Positions 13,629-25,400 of a stretch of 64,000 nt of DNA are shown in pieces (the first letter of the stretch is position 1; each line of letters begins with the position of its first letter). The notes under the pieces were generated by a model. It saw only the letters and a program-made list of their open reading frames with translations, had not been told where the DNA came from and made no database searches. Origin of the DNA: Octopus sinensis (taxonomy: Eukaryota); NCBI RefSeq assembly GCF_006345805.1, contig NC_043015.1:5704001-5768000 (forward strand). The letters are read 5' to 3'. The translations under genes were made by a program, and so were the position numbers.

Positions 13629-13777
13629 GAACATATATACATATATATAATATCATATATATATATATATATATATATACAGAGAGGAGAGAACGGGGAA
13701 ACAGAAAGTGGTTAGTTAGTTATACATATGAATATACATGTGTGTATACATATATCTATGGGTATATATATATTTAA

Positions 13778-13824
<47 letters not shown>

Positions 13825-13975
13825 TACATATATACATATATACATATATATATATATACATGTATATATATATGTATATACATATATATATATATATATA
13901 TATGTAAATACATATATGTATATACATATATATATAATATATATATATATAATGTATATATATATAATATATATG

Positions 13976-14020
<45 letters not shown>
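12870..14020. repeat. ~550-bp tandem duplication embedded in (AT)n/(GT)n
   Basis: The non-repetitive anchors gtctgagtgtgaatat...gtactcttgtgtatgagc and gagaacggggaaacagaaagtggttagttag each occur twice (~12900/13460 and ~13140/13690). Confidence 0.85.
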
Positions 14021-14021
<1 letters not shown>

Positions 14022-14330
14022 ACAGACATAATCATACAGAAACATGAGTGAGCATATATTACTGCAGTGATGGAATCATACATATAGAAACGCCTCTGCA
14101 GAATTATGTAAATACGCTTGTCCGTATGCGTACATACATGCGTAAGGCGTTACGTACTAAGTATGGGAACACTTGTGTGTGAAATGTAAGACCGGCGTTG
14201 CATTCTGTATTTACTAAATACATGGTCCACCTTTTTGGTATGGAACATCAACAAAGTGGGTAAAATAGTTCAGGAGTAAATTTCTGTCTATGTATGTATC
14301 TCGATAGTTGTCAATGTAGTAAGATTGATG

Positions 14331-14422
<92 letters not shown>

Positions 14423-14437
14423 TATAGATAGATAGAT

Positions 14438-15155
14438 AAGTTTCTTTATTGGCCACACAGGGCTGCACAGAGATAGAACAAATTACAATGTAGAGCTTTT
14501 CTTTTGGGGATAAAAAAAGGGGAGTGGTGGTTTTCGATCAAAAGGGATCGTAAAAGGAAAGAAAGAGGAGAAAAAAAGGGAGAGGTTAAAAAAAGGGGGG
14601 GAGAGCAAAAAAAATGAATAATAGGGATCGTTATCACAGAAATGTCAATATGAAGTGTAAAGGGGAGGACAGGTGAGGTTTACCCGTGGAAAGAAAAGCC
14701 TACGGAAAAGACCCCGGTAACCTCGGTCAATGAAGTCACATGTTATATTTTTTTTTTTTTTGCAAATAAGCAACTCTCTGTATTAATTTTTACGGTTCAT
14801 AGAATCATAGTCAAGGTGGCTTCGTCATTCATACGTGCCATCCTTGCTGCATTCACCCATCTTTTTTTAAAACATTCACTAGACAAAACTTGCCTCTCTA
14901 CTCTCACTTTTTTCTTCAAGTGATACTTGAAGAAGTTGATGAGAGATTGACCAGAGAGGAAAGTGTTTGTCTCTAATCCTTTCAGGCGCGTCCACAGATA
15001 CATTCTTTCGCCATAGCCACAAGTATGATAAAAATAGCCTTTCCTTCCCGTTTGAAGGAGGAGGCGTGACGATATTAACGATAGACTCGGCTGATAAACC
15101 GACTCGTCCCACACGTGACAGCAGTGGTTCGACATAAGCCCACAGGTCGGAAATT
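14438..15155 (-). mobile_element. 5'-truncated L1/Tx1-clade LINE, copy 1 (ORF2 C-terminus plus 3' UTR)
   Basis: WTRLKGLETNTFLSGQSLINFFKYHLKKKVRVER...RWVNAARMARMNDEATLTMIL*, with frameshifts. 3' end abuts (TATC)n. Confidence 0.85.
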
Positions 15156-15320
15156 AGGTAGGTAGGTAGGTAGATAGGTAGGTAGGGAGGGTAGGTAGGT
15201 AGGTAGGTAGGTAGGTGGTAGGTAGTAGTATGTAGGTAGATAGGGTAACGGAGAGACGTAGAGATGGATATAGATAGATAGTTAGATGACGAAGACAGAT
15301 AGATCGGAGATATATAGATG

Positions 15321-15354
<34 letters not shown>

Positions 15355-15398
15355 TAGATAGTATAGTAGTAGTAGGAGTTAGTAGATATAGTAGTATA

Positions 15399-15439
<41 letters not shown>

Positions 15440-15457
15440 TATAGATAGATAGATAGA

Positions 15458-16176
15458 TATGTTTCTTTATTAGCCACACAGGGCTGCACACAGATAGAAC
15501 AAATTACAAGGTAGAGCTTTTCTTTTGGGGGTAAAAAAAGGGGAGTGGTGGTTTTCGATCAAAAGGGATCGTAAAAGGAAAGAAAAAGGACAAAAAAAGG
15601 GAGGGGTTTAAAAAAAATGGGGGGGAGTAAAAAAATGAATAATAGGGATCGTTATCACAGAAATGTCAATATGAAGTGTAAAGGGGAGGACAGGTGAGGT
15701 TTACCCGTGGAAAGAAAAGCCTACGGAAAAGACCACGGTACCTCGGTCAATGAAGTCACATGTTATATTTCTTTTTTTTTGCAAATAAGCAACTCTCTGT
15801 ATTAATTTTTACGGTTCATAGAATCATAGTCAAGGTGGCTTCGTCATTCATACGTGCCATCCTTGCTGCATTCACCCATCTTTTTTTAAAACATTCACTA
15901 GACAAAACTTGCCTCTCTACTCTCACTTTTTTCTTCAAGTGATACTTGAAGAAGTTGATGAGAGATTGACCAGAGAGGAAAGTGTTTGTCTCTAATCCTT
16001 TCAGGCGCGTCCACCAGATACATTCTTTCGCCATAGCCACAAGTATGATAAAAATAGCCTTTCCTTCCCGTTTGAAGGAAGGAGGCGTGACGATATTAAC
16101 GATAGACTCGGCTGATAAACCGACTCGTCCCACACGTGACAGCAGTGGTTCGACATAAGCCCACAGGTCGGAAATT
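15458..16176 (-). mobile_element. 5'-truncated L1/Tx1-clade LINE, copy 2
   Basis: ORF 15816-16133 reads ...IFIILVAMAKECIWWTRLKGL..., the L1/Tx1 AKxxIWxxR motif. Confidence 0.85.
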
Positions 16177-16356
16177 TAGGTAGGTAGGTAGGTAGATAGG
16201 TAGGTAGGTAGGTAGGTAGGTAGGTAGGTAGGAGGTAGGTAGGTAGTTAGATATGTAGGTAGCTAGGGTTGGAAGGAGGGACGGAGGTAGACGTAGAGAT
16301 GGATATATAGATAGATAGTTAGATAGACAGACAGATAGATCGAGAGATATATAGAT

Positions 16357-16389
<33 letters not shown>

Positions 16390-16405
16390 TAGATAGATAG
16401 ATAGA

Positions 16406-17207
16406 TATGTTTCTTTATTAGCCACACAGGGCTGCACACAGATAGAACAAATTACAAGGTAGAGCTTTTCTTTTGGGGGTAAAAAAAGGAGAGTGGTGGT
16501 TTTCGATCAAAAGGGATCGTAAAAGGAAAGAAAAAGGACACAAAAAAAAGGGAGGGGTTTAAAAAAAATGGGGGGGGGTAAAAAAATGAATAATAGGGAT
16601 CGTTATCACAGAAATGTCAATATGAAGTGTAAAGGGGAGGACAGGTGAGTTTACCCGTGGAAATAAAAGCCTACGGAAAAGACCACGGTAACCTCGGTCA
16701 ATGAAGTCACATGTTATATTTCTTTTTTTTTTTTTGCAAATAAGCAACTCTCTGTATTAATTTTTATAGTTCATAGAATCATAGTCAAGGTGGCTTCGTC
16801 ATTCATACGTGCCATCCTTGCTACATTCACCCATCTTTTTTTAAAACATTCACTAGACAAAACTTGCCTCTCTACTCTCACTTTCTTTTTCAAGTGATAC
16901 TTGAAGAAGTTGATGAGAGATTGACCAGAGAGGAAAGTGTTTGTCTCCAATCCTTTCAGACGCGTCCACCAGATACATTCTTTCGCCATAGCCACAAGTA
17001 TGATAAAAATAGCCCTTCCTTCTCATTTGAAGGAAGGAGGCGTGACGATATTAACGATAGACTCGGCTGATAAACCGACTCGTCCCACACGTGGCAGCAG
17101 TTGTTCGACATAAGCCCACAGGTCGGAAATTGTTGGACACTGCACGAGTGCGTGCAGAACGGTTTCCTCGCTCTGACCGCATCTCGGGCAGGTCGACCCC
17201 GTGTTTC
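16406..17207 (-). mobile_element. 5'-truncated L1/Tx1-clade LINE, copy 3, including the CCHC zinc finger
   Basis: TCPRCGQSEETVLHALVQCPTISDLW (zf-RVT-type CxxC...ETxxH...C). (GATA)n on both sides. Confidence 0.88.
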
Positions 17208-17214
17208 TAGATAT

Positions 17215-17284
<70 letters not shown>

Positions 17285-17614
17285 TCAATGATGGATGGAC
17301 AGATTTTGCACAGACAGGTACACAGATAGACACATGCATATGTAACTATGTAACAATTGCACATATGTGCTTGTTTGTTTATGCATGTATAAGTATGAGT
17401 GCCAATATATTTTTGCATTAATCGTTGAAGAGCTATTTATAACAACTCTTGACTAAATGATAAGTATCAGTGTCTAACCCTGAAGCAACGTGCATTCATT
17501 TGAATTACATCATCATCTCGGTCGTCAAGGGAACCTTCCTACATGCATACAAAACAATAAAGGATATTGCTTGTCTGGCTTGCCTGAGATATATGCATAT
17601 GCACTTATTTATAT

Positions 17615-17848
17615 ACCTATTTCTTTATTACCCACAAGGGGCCAAACATAGAAGGGACAAACAAGGACAGACATAGGTATTAAGTCGATTACATCGACCC
17701 CAGTGCGTAATTGGTACTTGATTTATCGACCCCGAAAGGATGAAAGGCAAAGTCGACCTCGGCGGAATTTGAACTCACAACGTTGTGACAGACGAAATAC
17801 CGCGAAGCATTTCGCCCGGCGCGCTAACGATTCTGCCAGCTCGCCGCC
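17615..17848 (-). mobile_element. SINE family B
   Basis: Reverse complement of the family B consensus. Confidence 0.85.
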
Positions 17849-18062
17849 TTTTTATATACTTATTTATATACCTGAACACCTACATATATGTCTATATATC
17901 TTGTTTTCTATATATTTCCACAAAGACATTTTTTTTTTTTACAGTTGTGCTTATTCAGACATTGGAAGCGAATATCAGTCATATTTTACGTGTATATTGT
18001 CTTGACTGTGGACGAAAATATTTAATCACCTCCTTATTAACATAATTGTATTCTATATTTGT

Positions 18063-18388
18063 GAGGGCGCGTGGCTTAGTGTTTAGGGCATCCGGCTCAT
18101 GATCGTAAGGTTGTGAGTTCGTTTCCCGGCGACGCGTTGTGTCCTTGAGCAACACACTTTATTTCACGTTGCTCCAGTCCACTCAGCTGGCAAAAATGAG
18201 TAATATCTGTATTTCAAAAAGGGCCAACCTTGTCACACTCTGTGTCACACTGAATCTCCTTTACGAACTACGTTAAGTGTGCACGAGTCTGTGGAATGCT
18301 CAGCCACTTGCACGTTGATATCACGAGCAAGCTGTTCCATTGATCGTATCAGCTGGGACCCTCGTCGTCGTAACCGACGGAGTGCTCC
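18063..18388 (+). mobile_element. tRNA-derived SINE, family C
   Basis: Head gggcgcgtggcttagtg...gagttcgtttccc, body gtgtccttgagcaacacacttt, tail ccctcgtcgtcgtaaccgacggagtgc shared with 52765-53063. Confidence 0.8.
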
Positions 18389-18894
18389 TTATTATATATT
18401 TACTAGATATACGGCGTATGTGTTGCTTTGTAAAATGCCTTTACTAATTCAGCATGTGAAATAATTCGCTTATTCATTTCCTTGTAATTCTATATATTCC
18501 TCTATATATCTGTTTATCAACGAATATCTCTCTCTTTCTCTCTCTTTCGTATCCATCTCTCTCTCTTTCTCCTTTGTCTCGTTCTCTCTCACTTTCACTC
18601 ACTCTCTCTGTTCTCTGTCTACGTACTTACCTCTCTCCCTACATAACGTTGCTATTATGTTAAACTATCGTATGTCCCATGTCCAAATGTGGACAAATGC
18701 AAGTTTTTTTTTTCAATATTTATTCTTGCTTGCAACTGCCGGTTCTTTTGGTCAGACTATCGTATATCCAGCCGATTCAGATGCCAAGATATTGAGCATT
18801 GTCAAAGTGTAATACAGCTGTTTAGCTATGAAATGCTGAAACTATTTATTCCTTTTGTAAAAAAGCAATTTTTGGGACTTACAGCACTTTTGCC

Positions 18895-19099
18895 TTGGGT
18901 AAAAGTGGTAACTTGGGCAAGTGTCTATTGCTATAGCTTTGGGCCGACCAAAGCCATGTGAGTGGATTTGCTAGACAGAAACTGAAAGAAGCCCGTCATA
19001 TACATATATATATATGTGTTTGTATGTGTGTGTGTGCGTGTGTGTGTGTGTGCGTGTGTGTGTGTGTGTGCGTGTGTGTGTGTGTGTGCATGGTGGAAA

Positions 19100-19144
<45 letters not shown>

Positions 19145-19325
19145 TGTGTCGGTGTTTTTTCCTCCACCACCATCGAATAGCAACTGTAACTAAGCAGTTT
19201 GGCAAAAGAAAAGACCCATCGAATAAGTACTAGGCTTACAAACAATAAGTCCTGGGGTCGATTACTTCCACTAAAGGCACTGAGCCAGCATTGTTGAGGT
19301 CAAATGACTGAAACAAATAAAAGAG
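18895..19325 (+). mobile_element. SINE family A (5' truncated)
   Basis: Matches the family A body and tail. Confidence 0.8.
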
Positions 19326-20036
19326 AAAACCAAGAGATTGTGGAGTAACAAACTTCATAGTGATTTGACATAAAGTGTAACATCTTTGACGGGATAGAGG
19401 AAAATTTGAGTGGCCCTCCGTGTGAATTAAATCTAGAAAGTAAGTAAAGATAACTTGTCATAACTTCGTAAGGAATTGATAGAAAATTGCAGTTAGTTCT
19501 TTACAGCTGCTTCACTGTAGGTCTTCAAATATATTCATACATACATAATACATACATACATACATACATACATACATACATACATACATACATACATACA
19601 TACATACACACACATACGTACATACATACATTCAAACGTACATGTATGTATACTAACATAGACCGACAGATAAACAGACTGACAGATACAGGGATATATA
19701 TATATATTATTTATATTTGATGTCTGTTTAAATCTAGAATACAATATTACGCTAAGTAAACAGAAAGCAATGTTTTGAAACATGAAATTCAACACATTAT
19801 ATTTCAACATTGAGGACATTTTATTCATCAAAGTAAGTACCATTGCAATCAACACAATTTTTGCCAACGAGTTACAAGTTTGTTTATTCTGGTAACATAA
19901 AAAACAATGGCGTTCAAGAGCTTCGGAGCTGTTTGCATTCTCTTTCAGCATCGGTTTGATTTTTGAACTCCCTCGCAGGAAACTATCAAAGTGATTCAAA
20001 TTGTGTGTAGACTGTGTAGGCATTCTTTAGCCTTGT

Positions 20037-20345
20037 TTTGTTGTTTGTTCCTTCTCGAGCCATGCCTGACTCATAAGGGCCGGTTTCCAGGTTTCTTGGC
20101 GTAAAGGTTCCATACTGGGACGGGAGGCCGGTCCATCGCGGGTGAGCTACAAAATGCAGGAGGAAAGAGTGAAAGAAAGTTGTGGCGAAAGAGTCAGCAG
20201 AAGTTTCGCCATTACCTTTTGCCGGAGCCGCGTGGAGCTTAGGTGTTTCGCTCGTAAACACACACTTCGTCCGGTCTGAGATTCGAGCCCGCGATGCCTC
20301 GACCGCGAGTCCGCTGCTCTAACCACTAGGCCATGTGCATCCACA
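20037..20345 (-). mobile_element. tRNA-derived SINE, family D
   Basis: Reverse complement of 43827-44131. Confidence 0.8.
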
Positions 20346-22621
20346 TGTTTTAGCCTTACTCGTCTTCGGACCCTACAAAGCAGTATGCTCCTCATTGATA
20401 ACTAGTTGCTTACTAGCCAACCCATCACAAAATCTGTTTTCTCTTGTCGTTCATTCTGTGAATTCACTTATACTCACAACGCTAACGAATTCCTCATTCC
20501 ATATTTCTTGATACTTCAACTTCTTGGAATTCTTTTTTCTTTCACCCATTATTTTACCATGCGAACATCGATTTCAAGTTGTTCGAAATGAATATCAATC
20601 GCATTAACCCACCAACTTCCGAATGCCTTCGAATTTAATGGTCACAAATACTTCCTTCCAAACACTAATATAAAATAATCATCATAAATGAAGTTAAGTT
20701 TTTTTCTGGAAATTAGTTATGCGATCAATAAAATTCCTTTGATGTTTCAGAGTAACTGAACTAGTCAGTCCAAATTTGCCCAGGTCGATTTTCGCTTTTA
20801 GTTACCCTGATTCTAAAATAAATACAGTAGTAAATGCTACTGAATATTGCAAATGTGTGGTCATGTGCAAGTCGAAGCTAAGCAATCATTATTTTATCAA
20901 ATTGCGGTATAAAATGTAAGACGAGTCTAATTCTTATTCATTGGTCAGCAATTAATTTGGGTTTGAATTTATAACTACTCACGTATTTTAGATCTAAGAG
21001 GGAAGTTGTTGCTATTTTTTTCTTGTGTATCTAATGTGTATTAACGAACCAGTATTTACTATCATACAGACTGTAATTGAAGTATTGACTCTCTTTGATA
21101 TTGTTTCTAACCGTATTCCCGTTGGAATATATCCGAAACGAAATCACAGTGAAATTTGTAGACATTTGAGACTTGTATAGTTTTTTTGAACATGTAGGAA
21201 TTGGCGAGAATTAGGAGGTCGTTTCTCTATCTTTTAATAAATAATGCATTTTGAAAACAATAAAATTGGTAGACACATGTTTCATGAGAATACTTTTTCG
21301 TAGCTGAAGGAAAAAGAGAACGAACTAAATTGGGAAATTCAGAATAAAACTTTTACCAAAGGAGATTAGAATATTCCCAGACGTTAATGCTGAAAATTCT
21401 GACTTACTTAGCCTCAGTTTGATTACCTTGTATTGCCCATTACGATTGAATTAATAAAAGAGATTATGCCTTACCCAACTCTTTATTGGTTTAGTATATT
21501 TTGTACTTCTTTAGACGTGAACAAGTTTGTGTATCAAAGTGCATATCATCAGGTGTTCCATCAATGGAAAATAGATCTTTGAAAGATCAAACAACATTTT
21601 AGCAAACGCTATCAGCAGAATTAATAACAAAAAGTTAAAATGCATTTATATTAACTTGCTCTAAAATGTGTTTTAATTCTTAAAAGCTCACTTTATAAAT
21701 CTATTTTGCTAACCGTATCTTTTCGGTAAAACAAGTCTCAGTTTCTTTGGCTCTTGCACTCAAAACCACAAAATACCATCTGAGGATAAAAGAATGGTTC
21801 GATTTCATTAATAAGTTTAATTCCAAAAAGGTAAGTAGGAAATGCTATGAGTTCCAAATGTAAATTTTCTGATGAAGTAAGCGTCTGAATGAAATCTACT
21901 ACTTCTCCCGTTCAGCAATCTCTGAAATCTTAAGCATATAGATTTACAGAATCGTTAAACTGTCGGAAAATGTATTTCATTATCTGTTCAAACACATGAA
22001 TTTATGAGTTCGAATCCTGCCGAATTCAACTTTATCTTTTTCTTTGTGGAACTGATAAAATAAAGTGTCAGTCAATTACTAAGCTCGTTTTTTATCGACT
22101 GTTAACCTTACCTAAATTCTTGGCTTTGTGCCTGTTTTTATGACGACTGCTACTTTCGAAACAATTAATGCATTAAACTCGCCACAGAAAATAATTGCCT
22201 CCATGATACAAATAGTATACTTCCATTTACCTTTGAAACTCACGCGTCAGCCTCTACTCTCTTTGCAACATTAATTCACAGATAAGCGACGAGCTAGCAC
22301 ATGAGTTAGCTCGCCGGGCGAAATGTAGAGCGGCTCGATTTTACCTTTCATTCTTTCGGTGTCGATAAAATAAGAATCAGTTGATGTAAACTTGGTTTCA
22401 TGTAATCAACTTACCCCAAACCCAGAAATTGTTGGCATTGTGCCAACATTTGAAATCAATATTAATTCACAACGTTTAAGGTGTTGAGCTACCAGAACAG
22501 TCACTACTTTCATTCGCGTGCATTTATGCGTATATATTTATGTATGTGATTATACGAGAGCAGGTTTGTGTGACTGAGGCGCTGGTAGATTTTAATGGAA
22601 ATACTTGAAAATGTATGTACA

Positions 22622-22693
22622 ACATATATAACTTAGTGGTAGAGCATTCGACTGCAGATAGACAGGTGCCCGGTTTATATCCGAGTGTCCCCT
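22622..22693 (+). pseudogene. tRNA-Cys(GCA) pseudogene
   Basis: tataacttagtggtagagcattcgactGCAgatagacaggtgcccggtttatatccgagtgtcccct aligns to metazoan tRNA-Cys. The 5' acceptor strand is lost and the T-loop is mutated. Confidence 0.8.
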
Positions 22694-22894
22694 TTAGAAG
22701 TTTTTTCATTTCTTTATCTTCAGCATATATTGTAGGCGTAGGAGTAGCTCTGTGGTAAGTATCTTCCTTACGAACCACATGGATCCGGGTTCAGTCCTAC
22801 GGTGTGGCCGGTTGGTCAAGTGTCTTCTACTATAGAAGACGAACGACGAAAGTCTTGTGAGTGGATTTGGTAGATGGAAACTGAAAGAAGTCCG

Positions 22895-22931
<37 letters not shown>

Positions 22932-23033
22932 GGAGTAAACACATAAATGTGAAACAAGGTGGAAAAAAGAGTACTCAAATACCAGTGGTAGAGTAATATG
23001 GTTTATTTAAAGCAGCAGAAAATTCAACAAAAC

Positions 23034-23071
23034 CTGTTACTCTGAGTTTCCCGTTGCCGTTCATCGGACAG
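23034..23071 (-). ncRNA. Type I hammerhead-like ribozyme motif (copy at 23343-23380)
   Basis: Stem I CUGU/ACAG, core CCGAUGA, stem II CG-GCAA-CG, GAA, stem III ACU-cag-AGU, GUA site. Confidence 0.65.
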
Positions 23072-23103
23072 TTTTTGCTGTTTTTGCTAGAATCTAGCAA
23101 AAA

Positions 23104-23141
23104 CTGTCCGATGAACGGCATCGAGAAACTACGAGTAACAG
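23104..23141 (+). ncRNA. Type I hammerhead-like ribozyme motif (copy at 23413-23450)
   Basis: Stem I CUGU/ACAG, core CCGAUGA, stem II CG-GCAU-CG, stem III ACU-acg-AGU, GUA site after 23137. Confidence 0.65.
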
Positions 23142-23182
23142 GTTTTGTTGAATTTTCTGCTGCTTTAAATAAGTATATATAT

Positions 23183-23216
<34 letters not shown>

Positions 23217-23483
23217 ATATATAATATATATATATATACCGGAGTAAACACATAAATGTGAAACAAGGTGGAAAAAAGAGTACTCAAATACCAGTGGTAG
23301 AGTAATATGGTTTATTTAAAGCAGCAGAAAATTCAACAAAACCTGTTACTCTGAGTTTCCCGTTGCCGTTCATCGGACAGTTTTTGCTGTTTTTGCTAGA
23401 ATCTAGCAAAAACTGTCCGATGAACGGCATCGAGAAACTACGAGTAACAGGTTTTGTTGAATTTTCTGCTGCTTTAAATAAAG

Positions 23484-23524
<41 letters not shown>

Positions 23525-24995
23525 GTATTATGTATGTATGTATGTATGTGTGTATATATGTTTGTGTGTCTGTGTTTGTCCCTCTCCCAACGTCGCGTGA
23601 CAGCCGATGGTGTGCTTACGTCCCCGTAACTTAGTAGTTCGGCAAAATATTCCGATAGAATAAATATTAAGCTTACAAAGAATAAGTCCTGGGGACGAAT
23701 TGCTCGAGTACAGGCGGTGCTTCAGCGTGGCCATAGTCAAATGACTGATACAAGTAAAAGAATAAAAGAGTAAAAGAGTAACAGTTGACTCCAGTTCGTA
23801 TATGTCCTTTGTATTGTGTACGTATTTTAGCTTGCAGGCGTGTTTTTTTTTCTTGCATGTGGTTACATATATTTGAAAGGAAATATAGTTTATTCGCCAA
23901 TTTCTTTTTTTACTTGTGTCTATCATGCTTTTTAACTTAAAATATGAATCATAATCAAAAACACTTCTCTTTGTTGAATGGATATATAGATATACAGATA
24001 CAAATTTATAAAGGGAAAAGAGGGTAAAATCATAAATCAAGGAGAGATTTTGTTCGATACTGTCTTCATCGATCGAAGATATAGGAAAAGCAATCACGAC
24101 AGATGTACGATGTTGTCACAGTACGTCTTTATTTTTCATCCCCATTTTATAGATCATCAGATTATTGGACAGTTTCTGAGGCATATCTTTTCTTCCTTTT
24201 TTTCTTTCTTTTCTCTTTCTTTCTTTCTTTCTTTTTCCCGCAGATGGTGGTTTTGTAACCTCTTGTTAAAACTTTCTCCATTTTGGAATGTCTCCATTAG
24301 TGCTCTCTGACTACCTCGCGCAATAAATATATATATATAAAGCTGCTAATTTCGGGAAAGAGAAAAGCAGACATACAAGCAGGCAGAAACAGACAGACAG
24401 AGACAGAGATACAGACGGGGGCATAGAAATAGAGATACAATACAATGGGATACTGTAAAGGAGAGGAAAGGAGTATAGACCACAATACTTAACCGTTGCA
24501 TTTATTATGGATGATTTCGGCAGGATTTGATCATGGAGTGGAAATAGCCAGAAGATATATTTCAAAGCAATCTATCAGATTCTCAAACAATGTTACCATT
24601 TCGCCGCTTAGTAAAACTTGTAAGAAGCCAGGATGCCACGACTGTAATCCTTTTGATCTTATTTCTTCTAAATCAAAGACTGAATTTAGCTTTAAAAATA
24701 TTCACATCAAGCCAACGGCGTATCATCTGCATGGTTACTCTACCAGCCAGATATAACAACCAAATCTCCCTCTTTCCCTCTCGCTCTCTCATATCCCATC
24801 ATATTTACATTTAAATACGAGAAAGACATTCTGATAAGAAGATGAGATGATCAGTCCTCGAAAAAATTGAATTTACTCATTCAGATTATATTTTGTTAAT
24901 AACGTTCACAACAGAGAGAAAACTTGAAGTACATGCCTAGTAAAACAATACCAACACACTACTGTTTTATGGTTACCATTTTGTCACAATACTTA

Positions 24996-25400
24996 TCTAT
25001 ATATATATAAAGCTGAAGTTGTATGTGTGTGTGTGGCAGGTTTGGTAGCATTCAAAAAAACACTATCTCCTCCGAGACCCTGCAGCACAAGTTCACCAAA
25101 ATTGAGAGTATGATAGAAGAGGGCTTGCTCTTTATTCCGGAGAAGAAAAAAATTCAAATCGGATCATGCTAAGATCAAAAATTATTTACATCAAAAAGGT
25201 GCTTTTTTTCTATGAAAATCCCAGTTTTTTACGATTTTGTGAATGCTGTGTCGCCATTTGTCGGTGCATTTCAACCATAAAAACGTTCACTTAAAGAGAA
25301 TAACAAACTAAATAATGCAAACATTTTTACTTTTTAAAGATTCCAATTCTAAAGGATCGAAAAGAATACAAACCCGAGCAACGTTGGGTTATACTGCTGG
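24996..25400 (+). mobile_element. Non-autonomous Helitron
   Basis: Starts A|TCTATATATATATAAAG. Ends with hairpin aacccgagcaacgttgggtt followed by CTGG|T (CTRR). Inserted between A and T, no TSD. Confidence 0.8.

Larger units (their letters stand above)
22930..23481. mobile_element. Two tandem copies (309-bp period) of a fold-back cassette with back-to-back type I hammerhead motifs
   Basis: Palindromes at 23003-23172 and 23312-23481. Each arm carries CTGT-CCGATGA-aCG(loop)CGn-GAA-ACT(3 nt)AGT-A-ACAG. Confidence 0.8.
22733..23779 (+). mobile_element. SINE family A, interrupted in its internal (AT)n by the duplicated palindromic cassette
   Basis: 5' half at 22733-22897. The 3' half resumes at ~23555-23779. 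Confidence 0.8.

Noticed and set aside
11855-14083. Many overlapping Y/I-rich ORFs
   Set aside because: Artefacts of (AT)n repeats. The same applies to the poly-L/I/H/M ORFs throughout the window.
21865-21905. CTGATGA...GAAA match
   Set aside because: No stem II or stem I pairing. Expected by chance in AT-rich DNA.
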